Shown here: positions 39,991 to 53,065 of the stretch, one piece after another
Layout of the letters: each line of letters starts with the position of its first letter
Position numbering within the stretch: the stretch's first letter is position 1
Source: Octopus vulgaris
Taxonomy: Eukaryota
Direction: 5' to 3'
DNA length: 64,000 nt
Assembly (NCBI GenBank): GCA_951406725.2
Contig: OX597822.1
Span: 32,550,001 to 32,614,000, forward strand
Position numbers and translations under genes: made by a program
Notes under the pieces: generated by a model
What the model saw: only the letters and a program-made list of their open reading frames with translations
What the model was told of the DNA's origin: nothing
Database searches by the model: none

Positions 39991-41279
39991 GCTGATGATG
40001 CCTTAACAGCACTGATCGAATTGGTATTTAAGGGACAGCAAAGGATCCGTCGGTTTAGCCCCTTTTTTCAGGTTAATCAGGCACACCATCGGTTAACTTA
40101 CACACAGTCACCTTAAGAGACTAAAACAGACTTACAGATGACATCCCAATCACTTCATTGCCCTATTCCCAGAGACCCTGAAGAGTGTTATTCCTTTCGA
40201 GATGCAATGACACATCGAAATAAGCCATGAAACATGGCAAATGTTTTTCCACGGCCAACTTGAATCGGTTATGCTTTGACTAACAAGGACACTTCTGTTC
40301 GGAAACTTATTAATTGGTATTTAACTTTCACATTCAAATGATCGATTTATGAGAATATTTCCATAATATAACGTCTATAATTTTACTTTTAAATTTAACC
40401 TTACCATCAAAACACAACTGAAAATGTTCAGCTACCCTCGCTGATAATCGTGGTGAAATGTAAAGTGAAATGATTTAGATATTTTATACTGTTATTATAT
40501 GGCTTCATTGGCAAAATACGTACCATTAAGAAAAGGGCAATTTCTCCGCTCCTGCTTCGACATCGACCCTTAGTTCTTATTTTGTACGGCAGGATGTTAT
40601 ATAACACTAATTCGGGATATGCTATCAAGGTTTTTGGATTTCAATTGTCCGGATTATAAAAACATAGTTTTACTTTTGTGCGAATGCAAATAATTACTTA
40701 TGATATTATATTCGCAGAAATAGAAACCATCTTGTTATCTAACTACTAATCACATTCTCCAAAGGCATTCTCTGATTTCAAAAATGTACAGCATATTTCT
40801 TATTGTAATGAACTAGTACAAGATAAATTAGCATTCCTGTATACGTGCAAATTTGTCATTGACGCTCAGAGTCTCCCATAAGGTATTTTCAATATATCAG
40901 CGACATTATAACTATGAATGGCAAGGCTAAGATTAAATGACAAGATATATAGCTGTCAACAGTATCCATAAGATAGAACTCGTAATATCTTGGAGATTTG
41001 AGAAAGCTGTTTAGCTTGCAACTTTGCAATTATCGTACAACATATACAACTTAACACATTTATTATAAACTCATATAAACTCATATTCTATATACTCGAA
41101 TACTATATTGGAGAAATTGTCTGTGTGTAACTATGTGTATGTATGCGTATACTTGTATAATGTTTATATACATCAACTATTTGTTGAAAGGATTTCTTCG
41201 CTGATTTCGTCTATGAAAGGTTGCTTTCACGTAGTTATCCAAGACCAGTGAGATCGAGGCTAATGGTATCCCTTTTCAA

Positions 41280-42103
41280 AGGCGGTGATCTGGCAGAAAA
41301 TCAGTATGCCCGGCTAAATGCTTAGCGGTATTTCGTCTGCCGCCGAGGTCGACTTTGTCTTTCATCCGTTCGGAGTCGATTAAAAAAGTACCAGACAGGC
41401 ACTGGTGTCGATGTAATCGACTTAATCCGTTCGTCTGTCCTTGTTTGTCTTCTCTGTGTTTAGCCCCTTGTGGGTAGTAAAGAAATAGGTATCTCATCTG
41501 TCCTTACGTTCTGAGTCCCAATTCCGCCGGGGTCGATAAATTACATACCAGTTGCGACTGGCGCCCTCCCCGAAACTTTCGGTCCTTGTACCCAGAGTAC
41601 AAAAGCATAGAATCCCTTTTCAACTGTTATAGTATAAAATGCTTAAAAGAAGAATTCGCGCAGGCCAACGTTCTGGGGGAGAAGAAATGTGTATCCTGGC
41701 TTAGACAGAGCAGAGTGGAAGGCACACCTTTGCTGGAGAGGAGGAAAGAGACAATTGTGTCTAGTGTATCTAAACGGAGGGGGCTGGAAACCAGAGAGCC
41801 CCAAACAATACCAGTCTCTTTTGTACCACGGGAGAGAGACAGAGAGATGAATGGGTGTTGCACGTTTGTTGTGAAAAGGAGGGGGGCATTCTTTTTTACT
41901 CTAGGCACAAGGCCCGAAATTTTGGGGAAGGGTGCTAGTCGATTAAATTGATATCAGTACACAACTGCTACTTAATTTATCGACATCTAAAGGATGAAAG
42001 GCAATGTCAACCTCGGCAGAATTTGAACTTAGAACATAAAGACAGACGAAATAAGGCTAAGCTTTTCGCCCGGCGTGCTAACGTTTCTGCCAGATCACCG
42101 CCT
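41280..42103. mobile_element. Convergent SINE family A copies (41280-41600 plus, dimeric and deleted; 41890-42103 minus)
   Basis: Head, central block and tails are recognisable on both strands. Confidence 0.8.
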
Positions 42104-42152
42104 GACTCCATTTAAATATCTACATCAGTCTCACCTTCTCTCTCTCCCTCTC

Positions 42153-42197
<45 letters not shown>

Positions 42198-43801
42198 ATC
42201 TCTCTCTCTTACACACACACACACTCTCTCTCTCTCTCTCTCTATGTATGTGTCTATCTCTATGTCTCTCTATCTCTATATAAATGCACCAAGAAATGCA
42301 ACATTATTTTTACACACGTTCAATCGATTGTTCTACAAATCAACTGTTACAGAATAAAAATGCCCAAAAGAAGAATTTGCGTACGCCAACGCTCTGGGGA
42401 GAAGAAATATGTATTCTGTTTCAGACAGAGTAGAATGGGAGACACACCATTAATGGCGAGGGTGAGTTTTACAAAAAAAAAGACAAAGAAAATAAACCAT
42501 TCAAACATATGTCTCGCAAATGATTGTGTAAAGTGAACGAATTCGGCTACGAATCACTTCTTCAACCAATTTACTCTCACTCTATATATTTCTGAACAAT
42601 TACCACTTTTTTCACCATCTTGATAACGCCCTACAAAAAAAAAATCAGCAACCAGGTAGTTATCAAAACATCTTTATAGAATACATCGATCACGAGGTTC
42701 GAGAATTCTTCATGACAGAAATGTTTTGTTGACAAATAAGAGTAGTTCTTCATGTTTCTTATTTCTCGGAATCAAACTTAATCTGAACTAAGATATAAAG
42801 CTTTTGAAATTAACAATAATTATTTTCTCTCTAATATGGTAGTAACATAATATAGACTATGATATACGATATCTACTATAACTTTCGGTCGTGTTCTTTC
42901 TGTTGTTTAATTATTATCACTTACATCTGTAATTTTTTTTTTCCAACATATTTTGTATTTGATTGATCAATAGATTTTCTAATTAAATTAAATTCTTACT
43001 GTTCTTTAAAGAACTCTGTTCACTGTTTCACTGCTCTCATTCATTAGAGGTACATTTCTATGTATCTCGGGTGTATGACATTCAAAATTTTCTTTTACAT
43101 TTTTTTTTCCTTTTCACAAATTCCCTTTATACTCTTTTCCGCGATTCATTAATTATTTTCTTCTTTAAAAAAGAAATGCCTATTACATGTTCAATAGAGA
43201 AAATTAAAAAGTATAGAGATTTTGTTAGTTTCTTAATTAGAAGGTGAAATATGAAATAGAAATAAATGCTAAATAAAAATGACCTGAATGACGATTTTAT
43301 AGAAACCATCCTTAGTATTTCAAAATGAACGAAGACAAAATTATTATTCTATTGAATAGAATATGAAATTCTTCACTTTCATTCCAGTGTATTATGCTTT
43401 AGTTTTTCGCAAAATTATTTTTGACATTAATTCACCAATTTGTAACAAATGCTTCGTTAAAACGTACAACACTATTGATTAAATGTTCTGTATTATTTCA
43501 AACATTCGATCTTTATATTTTTACAATGTAATTCTCCTCAAGATGTGACAACTTCATCTACTTTTAACCGTGTTGTTCTATGCCGCTATGAAAAGCATCC
43601 AAGTTATTGTATTAGACACAGAGAATATTATGAAAGTAACATCAAATCTTGAATGTCAGCTTTATAATCTAAATATAAGATCTGAAGTATATACAAAAAT
43701 AAAATCGGATGCATTTTCATTTTTAAAGGCACAATACATTGATAAATAATGGAAGATTAATATTGCCATTCACGATTATTTAGATACTATATATATATAT
43801 G

Positions 43802-43870
<69 letters not shown>

Positions 43871-44187
43871 ACACACATATACACACCTGTATATATATAT
43901 TTAGATAAGTAGATATACACACACACCTACATACATATACACACATATATATACATACACATACATAGATACATACATACATGCATACATACATACACAC
44001 GTAGATACCTGCATGCATGGGCACAAATTTCAACACATCTTTCGTTCAATATTTTCATTTTATATTTAAATCAACAGAAATTTTAGGTATTGGCTTGTGA
44101 ATAAATTTGCATAATCGATGAATTGTTCTTAAGGAGTTCGCTATCCAGTAACGTCCTTTCTAATTTGCAACCACTACACAGTACTCT

Positions 44188-44492
44188 GTGGAGGCACATG
44201 GTCTAGTGATTAGAGCAGCGGACTCGCGGTCGAGTGATCGAGAATTCGAATCTCAGACCAGACGATGTGTGTGTTTATTAGTGAAACACCTAAGCTCTAC
44301 GCGGCTCCGCTAGTAGGTAATGGCGAACTTCTGCTGACACTTTCGTCACAATTTTCTTTCACTCTTTCCTCCTGCATCTTGCAGCTCACCTGGGACGGAC
44401 CAGCATCCCGTCCAGGTGGGGCACCTATACGCCAAGTAAACCGGGAAACTGGCCTTTATAAGCCAGGCATGTCTCATGAAGGAACAAACAAA
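44188..44492 (+). mobile_element. tRNA-derived SINE family C, tail variant 1
   Basis: The head GTGGAGGCACATGGTCTAGTGATTAGAGCAGCGGACTCGCGGTC..TTCGAATC is shared with the 57454 copy; the 3' half differs. Confidence 0.8.
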
Positions 44493-45657
44493 ATACAGTA
44501 CTCTGAAACAACATCTTTCATATGCTTTGATCCAATCAAACTCTGAAGAGATTTTAATTTTCGGAAGTTACGCGAAAGTAACGCAAGATTTATGGCGTGA
44601 GATTCCCATCGTCTAGTTTGATACCACCAGCTTAACGCTGGGTGACGTTATTGAACACCACTGTGTTGTACGAGTTGTAGTAAGGCTTCTGGTTTCGACC
44701 GTCATGCACACAACGACTCTCATGTAAAAACTGTCAAGGATTCGGTATTCTTCTGACAAATTTCCTCGTTGTCCCCATTGCTTTTTCTTCGCCAAAATAT
44801 GTAACTATCAAATGCGTTTTGCCTCAATACGGCAGTAATTGTAATTATTTATTTATCGCTCTGTACTTTAAGGATTTTAGCTCACATTTAACAATTTGTA
44901 TCTCACTCAAAATGCCTCCCTTTGTTTATTGATTCAAAATCGTAATATTTAAAAATCGTAATATGCTAGAAACAGTACTGTTTTAAACAGGCATAATTCG
45001 ACGGAGCCATATAAGTAGTTGTTACCGAACTCACAAAATTGATGAGTCGCTCTATACTGCATACTAGCATTTGATTTGTAATACATTTTTAAGCAATTTA
45101 ATACACGAAGATATCTCCCCTGTCTTCTCAGTCAAAATTACTTATTAATCCGAAAGAAATTTCATTCTCACGACATGCCTCAGACTATATGGTTAGAATA
45201 TTCCTTCTGCATATTACACATGTTAGCAACCTATGAAAGTTGGAAAGTAGTTATTACTTTCCAACAGCTAGATATATGTCATGGAAAAAAGAATGCATAT
45301 ACATGATTATTTGTGCACACAAATATTTAGAAAATCATACGAAATATAATTCTTGTTGCTATACTTGTATATAAAATAAAACCATAAAAAATTATGAAAC
45401 TTATACTAAAATGTTAAAAGATTCCATATATAACACAAGTCATTATATTTCGTGTGCAAAATGTAGAAAGGAAAACAAGAAATATTGTTTTGTAGTATAG
45501 AAATGACACTAATAGCATCAAAATATTAAAGTGTATAAAGAATAAAAGTTTATCACCAGGAACCTTTATTAAGCCTGTCATCTGCACACATACATACACA
45601 AACACTCATACATACCTACACTCACACACATACATAAACACCCACACGCGCACGCAC

Positions 45658-45699
<42 letters not shown>

Positions 45700-46413
45700 G
45701 CGTATGCGTGTACATGTATGTACGTGTATACATATATATATATATATATATATGTGTGTATATATATATTTATATGTATATATATGCATATATACGTGTG
45801 TGTGCATATGTATGTATGTATATATATACCTATACACACAGGCACACATATATTTTATGTTTGTGTGTGGATGCTATAAATATGTGTTGTTTTTATATTA
45901 CGTTATTATAAAAACAACTCTACATTAATATAGTAGGTTACTCTATATTCTTGTAGGGTGCAAATTTGTTATTCATAAACAAGAATATTACTTTATATAT
46001 ATATAAGTACATACAAGCAGAGAGACAGACGGACAAATAGATAGATGATCTCACATTCATTCATATTTTACCGCATAAATATGATAATTCTTTAACGTTT
46101 TAAAGAGGGAAAATAATATGTTGAAGATGTAAATACGTTGAAATAAGAACCATAATTTTACTGTATAGATATATCATTATAGTAATCATGCAGTCGGTGT
46201 ATATATAAATAGGACGTGTATGGTATTTGCATAATGTAATAAAGTCCATTTAAAGATACATTAGCAAATTGAAATAACATTTACTAATGACTGACACGTC
46301 AAGCAATATAACAAAAAAGTACACATGCGCTCCACGTACGCACATATTCATATTCCTACAAGCACACATACATACACAACACATACATATATGTATATGC
46401 ATATTTATGTGTG

Positions 46414-46445
<32 letters not shown>

Positions 46446-46453
46446 CGTGCGCA

Positions 46454-46609
46454 TGAGTGGCTTTGTGGTAAGTAGCTTGCTTACCAACCACATGGTCCCG
46501 GGTTCAGTCCCACTGCGTGGCACTTTGGGCAAATGTCTCCTACTGTAGCCTCGGGCGGATCAAAGCCTTGTAAGTGGATATGGTAGACGGAAACTGAAAG
46601 AAGCCCATC

Positions 46610-46610
<1 letters not shown>
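46454..46610 (+). mobile_element. CORE-like tRNA SINE family B, 5' half
   Basis: GAGTGGCT..GTGGTAAG A-box, GGTTCAGTCC B-box and TTGGGCAA core; homologous to 49528-49987. Confidence 0.85.
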
Positions 46611-46656
<46 letters not shown>

Positions 46657-46849
46657 TCATCATTATCATCATATCGAGCATTATACTTCTGTTTAAGCAC
46701 AGTATATGTACATAAGACGGTATTTTCAATATCATTCTTTCCTAGACATAAGTTGTCACAAACCAGATCAGTTCTAGCTATTTCAGATTACAACAACGGA
46801 ATTCATTGTACTTAGCCTACTTATTCAAAAAGAACATCCTGCAATATCG

Positions 46850-47405
46850 ATATGAAAATATATGAATTTTGAATATTGTAGATGCGTGGTTTTATGTGGT
46901 ATTGGGGTTTCCATTTCGAAGTAAATTCGACTTTGTTCTCATCAAACGCTAGGTAACCAAGAACTATTTTATCTTTCCCTCATTTCTTGAAGCGTGTTTG
47001 TGTCTATTGTAGGTTAATTTCAAAACGTTCCTTATACTGCAATATTGATATCAGGATAAGGTTTGTCTACTGTCATGTATTCTGTTTTAATACGAAGATA
47101 GGTGGTTCGCCCTCTGCAGCAGGTTTCCCAGGAGGGTCAACAAAATATTGTACAGCCTGACTGGATTCACGTATTGCAGAAATATCCTCAGCGTAACTAA
47201 GATTGGAGAGGAAATGGCCATCGATTGAGAATCCAAATGGACATTCATCTTCATTTTTAGAAAGTATTGAGGCTCTTACAATACCGAAAAGTATAACTGA
47301 AAATGCATTTCCTTGTTTCATTCCTTTTAATATATTGACAGATCTGGAGGTGCGATTACTATTTTTGATGAAGGCTTTTGATATATAAAAATAACTGCTT
47401 TCCAT
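46850..47405 (-). mobile_element. LINE reverse-transcriptase fragment (RTE-like)
   Basis: ORF 47073..47405 contains KGMKQGNAFSVILF (cf. GVRQG..LSP.LF) and LSYAEDI (cf. LAYADDI). Confidence 0.8.
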
Positions 47406-47749
47406 TTTGGCACACGGAAGGAAGTTTAGACTGCAACACTTTCACAGAACAACACGAGACAGCACTAATCGGTGACTGAACGAGTGCATGTGAAACAGTT
47501 TCCGTCCTCAGCGCATTATGGACAAGGCTGACCGACGTGAACCTCTTGACTATAGAGTTTAATTTGTACTGGTACAGCTATTTGCCTGCATTGTCAGTGC
47601 TACGAATCAGATCAATGAGTTCATTTTCATTGACGCTCAGTACTTCAACGAGAATGGTATAGATCTTCTTTCTATAGATTACTGTGCATCGCTACATTCA
47701 ACACCGACCCGATAATCCCGCTCGCTGATCCCTCCTGTTGCTCATTCTA

Positions 47750-48590
47750 TTGATGCGGTTATTGTTTTAGTTGCTGAGGCTGGTTTTGATGCTGTTATTA
47801 TCGTTAATTTAGAGGGGTCTGTAGCAGTGGGGGTAAGTCCTGTTCTTTGCATGGGGCAGAAAACCTTTACATGATTGGTTCCTCCATCTCGGATTTCTGA
47901 CCTCAGCTGCTACAAACCGTTATGTGCCATAAGGGAGATTGAATAAGACTGGGATTGCTTCGATAGCGTTCTAATCGGCGTGTATCCATAATTCTCCTTT
48001 CTCATTTTGTGTACTTGCAGAATTATTGTTCCCTTTCTATGCCATATAAAAAAGATACAACCAGTAAAAAAAGATGTCTACATCAGGAGGTATCTCCGCT
48101 ACCTTTATTTTGACCCTACTCCGACCGAGTATGTTGGAATTAGCCACAGTTCTTCATTTTGAGGGTTGTCGTCGAACGTTTTTTACTACTCCATTAGTTT
48201 GGAATCTTACCTCAACTGTTTCAAAACATATCCCATGAGCAGCAGCAGTTTTTAACCGCCACTCTCGTCTTTGGCCTTTTTTCTATGTTGAGTACGCTTT
48301 CGCATTACTTAAACGTTTTTACTGTTAACATTTTTGCGTAAAAATAAGGACAGCGCTGTTTTCGGTGTATTAATATTTGTGGATGGGGGGGGGGCGCTGA
48401 TTGAATCCGTGCTTTTGTCATTTTTAATTCTATTCTGCTCGTCACACGATACTGCTTCTGTTGTTGCTCTTTTTGTTGCTGCAGCTTCTTCTACTGCTGC
48501 TGTTGTTGTCTGTACTTCATGTCTCGATCAGAGATAGCAACAATATCATAATGGCTGTTCCAGTAGCCATCACCTCATTCGATTCGGGAA
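47750..48590 (-). mobile_element. Possible decayed LINE ORF1/gag-like region
   Basis: Minus fragments AIPVLFNLPYG..VAAEVRNP and GGTNHVKVFCP resemble the V.VEGR.P.C..CG..GH...CP zinc-knuckle context. Confidence 0.3.
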
Positions 48591-49527
48591 GCCGTATTGA
48601 ATTTTTTAGGGTTTTGAAAAAATAAATTTTCAATTTAAATTCTTAAAAGTCGCTCTTAAATGGCTTTTTTTCGCTTTCAGCTAGCAGACTTATTGAATGA
48701 ACAGTTCAACAAAATTTGGACTACCAACCAATAAAACAATAAACTTTAAAGAAAACATCCGAGTGACGAACAAACATCCACTACATCAAGCTACAAGTGA
48801 TATATATATATATATATATTCTTATATATACGATATATCCATATACATAAATAGATAGCAGGGAGAGAAGCAGAGAGAGAGGGAAAGAGAAATAGACTAT
48901 TTGTCATATTAGCTGCTTTCACTCTGAAAAATGATTCTATCTACAGAGATACTTACTGTATCCGTGTTTACACAGCTTTTAAAGTTTTTGATCTAGATTC
49001 CAGATAGTCTTTTCACCTTCGAAGGCTATTTTCAGCTAACTATATCTCGTTAAAAACTTATGAAATCGCTTAGCTATAATTATATTTATTGTTTCTTTAT
49101 TTGAAATTCTTATTGTGAAATATTGGGAATGTGAATCACGAGATAATTTAATTACTGCGGAATATTATCTATTTTAATCGAATATTTAATTTGAAGTAAG
49201 GAACAGTAAAAGAGATTTGACAATTGATAGACTAAAGTAGAGGTGGCTAATTGATAACAACACTCCGTGATATAATCTGTGCCAAATTTGTATAATTAAA
49301 TTTGCTGAGAGGTGTATGTTAACAGTACTTTAGACTTTTAGTCTGCAAGCTTTGTATTTGGTATTGTGACTTCTTCGCAAAATGTTCATGTATTTACTTG
49401 TTTATTTCATTTAATCCTTTCCGACATACGTCCGTATTTTTTGACCACGCGTCCATAGATTTTATGAGGTCTTCATTGATTTCACTGAAGATTTATCGGC
49501 TAGTGTTTCTTGCCGAATGAGTTGGTA

Positions 49528-49782
49528 CACTTTTACTTGTTTCAGTCATTTGCCTGCGGCCATGCTGGGGCACCGCATTTAGTCGTTCAAATCGACCCCA
49601 AGACTTATTCTTTGTAAACCTAGTACGTATTCTATCGGTCTCTTTTGCCGAACCGCTAAGTTACGGGGACGTAAACATACCAGAATCGGTTGTCAAGCGA
49701 TGTTGGGGGGGGGGCAAACACATACACACAAACACACACACACACACACACACACACATATGTATATATACATATATACGAC

Positions 49783-49825
<43 letters not shown>

Positions 49826-49987
49826 CATATATACGATGGGCTTCTTTCAGTTTCCGCCTACCAAATACGCTCACAAGGCTTTGGTCGGCCCGAGGCTATA
49901 GTTGAAGACACTTGCCCAAAGTGCCACGCAGTGCTACTGAACCCGGAACCATGTGGTTGGTAAGCAAACTACACAAGCACTCCTGCG
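49528..49987 (-). mobile_element. Full-length CORE-like tRNA SINE family B with internal (CA)/(TA) microsatellite
   Basis: Homologous to 46454-46610 (5' half) and 58445-58757 (3' half). Confidence 0.88.
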
Positions 49988-50599
49988 CCAGTAGGATATT
50001 TATTCCTTACTATCACAATATATGAGCCTATATATAACATAAAAGGAAGTCCTAAAACACGAACGTTTTTACTCTGGGAAATTCGGTGGCGTGAAGTCCA
50101 AAATTTGCATTCCTGAAATTTGAACAAGTTGTGCGAAATAATTGCTATAAGAATTCTTACACTAAGTAGTTATACGTTATTGTTACCAGGTCAACTGTTT
50201 TGGGAAAGGTTGCGCAAGCACACCTTAGTACAGATAATTTTATAGAAACCTTGGAAGAATGAAATGTTAGACGAATTGATGCGATTTAAAAACACGATGT
50301 TCAGGATGATAAGAAAATATTGCAACATCGAAAATTCTACCGATCATGCCACCCACGAACACTAGGCAGAATAAATATTTTCAGCATTCCCAAGTCGCTA
50401 ACCAAATATAAATATATTTGGAATAGGAATAGCGTGTAAAGCCTACGCTTCTGGCGAACTAAGATAACATGTAATATCAATAGCGACATGAAAGCGTTCA
50501 TTTACTCTTTAGAGACAATGTTTATCACCAGATTTCTTGCGAAACTTGATACCCTTCATCAACAATAGATGAACACAAGATGTTGTGCTGTATATAAAA

Positions 50600-50842
50600 C
50601 AGGTACACCGTCGGTTGCGACGACGAACGTTCCATGGATGTGTTCAACGGAACAGTCTGCTCATGAAATTAAGGTGCAAGTGGTTGAGTATTCCAAAAAT
50701 ACGCGTACTCTTAAAGTAGTTCTCAGAGAAAATCAGTGTGACACGGAATGCAACAAATGCCGTCCCTTTCAATTACGGGTACTACTCATTTATGCAATAA
50801 CGTGGAGCCGATTACCCTAACCACTAAGCCACACACCTTCTC
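50600..50842 (-). mobile_element. Internally deleted SINE sharing the tail of the 57454 copy
   Basis: Reverse complement matches 57660-57835 (..GTTCCGTTGA..CGTCGTCG.AACCGACGG); A-box TGGCTTAGTGG at the head. Confidence 0.75.
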
Positions 50843-50890
50843 ACACGCACGCACACACACAGTATATAAATAGATAGATAGATAGATACA

Positions 50891-50925
<35 letters not shown>

Positions 50926-51011
50926 AGCCGATTACCCTAACCACTAAGCCACACACCTTCTCACACGCACGCACACACACAGTATATAAATAGATAGATA
51001 GATATATACAT

Positions 51012-51058
<47 letters not shown>
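50802..51058. repeat. 120-bp tandem duplication
   Basis: TGGAGCCGATTACCCTAACCACTAAGCC..AGTATATAAATAGATAG..(GT)n occurs at 50802 and 50922. Confidence 0.92.
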
Positions 51059-51059
<1 letters not shown>

Positions 51060-51311
51060 ATGTGAGCGCGTGCATATATAGTGCCTCTCGCCACACATTT
51101 TTTTTTTTTACTTTCCTAAGTCCTTTGAAATAATCGGAACCAGGAAACACGAAACTTATAACGTTTTAGAATAGTTATTAAATCATCGTTCATATTGTAT
51201 GCAATAAAACATCCATAATGAAGATATTTTTGTATGAATATTGACTGGATTACGTAAGGAAAATATATACTAGGTATTTTCACTTTACCCGTTGTATTTT
51301 AATATGTATTA

Positions 51312-51872
51312 AGGCGACGAGCTAGCAGAAACTTTAGCACGCCGGGCGAAATGCGTAGCCGTATTTCGTCTGCCGTTACGTTCGGAGTTCAAATTCCGCC
51401 GAGTTCGACTTTGCCTTTCATCCTTTCGGGGTCGATAAATTAAGTACCAGTTACGCACTGGGATCGATATATTCAACTTAATCCGTTTGTCTGTCCTTGT
51501 TTGTCCCCTGTGTGTTTAGCCCCTTGTGGGTAGTAAAGAAATAGGTATTTCGTCTGTCGCTACGTTCTGAGTTCAAATTCCGCCGAGGTCAACTTTGCCT
51601 TTCATCCTTTCGTGGTTGATTAAATAATTACCAGGTATGCCCTGGGGTCGATATAATCGACTTAATCCGTTTGTCTGTCCTTGTTTGTCCCCTCTGTGTT
51701 TAGCCCCTTTATTTCGTTTATCATTACGTCCCGAGTTCATATTCCGTCGAGGTCGACTTTGCCTTTCATCCTTTCGGGGTCGACAATTAAGTACCATTTG
51801 CGTACTGAGATCAATCTAATCGACTGGCGTCCTCCCCACAACATTTCGGGCCTTGTGCCTGAGAAGAAAAGA
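51312..51872 (+). mobile_element. Head-to-tail trimer of SINE family A (long, long, short tail)
   Basis: Three central blocks; junction AAAGAAATA|GGTATTTCG at ~51535-51552. Confidence 0.9.
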
Positions 51873-52552
51873 ATATGTATTAATTAAGTATAATTATATT
51901 CTATAATGGGCTAGTGTATAACAATAGGAAAAAAGTATTAAAACTTAAATAAATTTCTTTCCGGATACGATAAATTGCAAATTTATTTTCTTGTGAATTA
52001 GTTTCTTTTAATAATTTTACTATTAAGAAACACATTGCATTTGTGATTTATTTGGCTTCCATATTGGTTGGAAATACGTTATTTCTGTACACAAGTCAAT
52101 AATGTTATACAGGAAAAATACAAAGGATTTGTTTTTTCTTTTCGTTCATATAAAATTAAAAAGAAAATAGAAGTGTAAGTATATTGTTCACGTGCATTGA
52201 GTAAAGCTTGCAATTAAAAATGTAGGAAAACGATGAGTAAAACCGTCCACCCGATAGACATTGGGTAAACACTAACTTCATTCTATTTTCAGAACGGCCA
52301 TATTGTTACTTAAAACTTTTCTACACTCATTACTCTGCAATTCATCATATTTCATGTTATCTTTGAGGAAGATTAATGCAGCTTCCCAGGAAGAGTGAAT
52401 AGTCAAAATTTCTCGATTATAATATTTGAATAAATCACTAAGTGTTTAAATCATTACGTTAGGACTATTTCCTGTAGGAATATGTGGGGAAACAAATTAA
52501 CCGTTTGTAGTCATAACACTTTAAACGTACCGACCTGTGAGCGCAACATTAA

Positions 52553-52604
<52 letters not shown>

Positions 52605-52607
<3 letters not shown>

Positions 52608-52820
52608 GCAGCAAGCTGGCTGAATTGTTAGCAGGACGACCAAAATGCTTAGCGGCATTTCATTTGTCTTTCCGTTCTGAGTTCAAATCCTGCCGAGGTC
52701 GGTTTTGCCTTTCATCCTTTCAAGAACGATAAATTAAGCACCGGTGAAATACTGGGGTCGATGCAATCGACTAGTTCTCTCCCCTAAAATTTCAGGCCTT
52801 GTACCTTTAGTAGAAAATAT
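52605..52820 (+). mobile_element. SINE family A copy in (ATT)n
   Basis: Head, B-box, central block and short tail. Confidence 0.8.
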
Positions 52821-52825
52821 TATTA

Positions 52826-52990
52826 CTGATATCTTGGTGTTTGGTTCAGGTTCGGTCTTATTCCTGTAAGAGTTATGTGGGTAGCAGGTTACTGCCTGCA
52901 ACCTTAAATATCCCCAAATGTTCAGCAGTATTTCAAGTGCTTAGAATCCTCCTGACAATCCTTGCTATTCCTAAGAGACAAACTTTCCGT
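52826..52990 (-). mobile_element. 3' end of an R4/Dong-like element
   Basis: Minus peptide RKVCLLGIARIVRRILST*; ATT repeats on both sides. Confidence 0.6.
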
Positions 52991-53004
52991 TAATATTATT
53001 ATTA

Positions 53005-53065
<61 letters not shown>

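Noticed and set aside
47497-47515. Minus-strand CTGAGGA-CG-GAAA hammerhead-like string
   Set aside because: There is no room for stem II; chance match.
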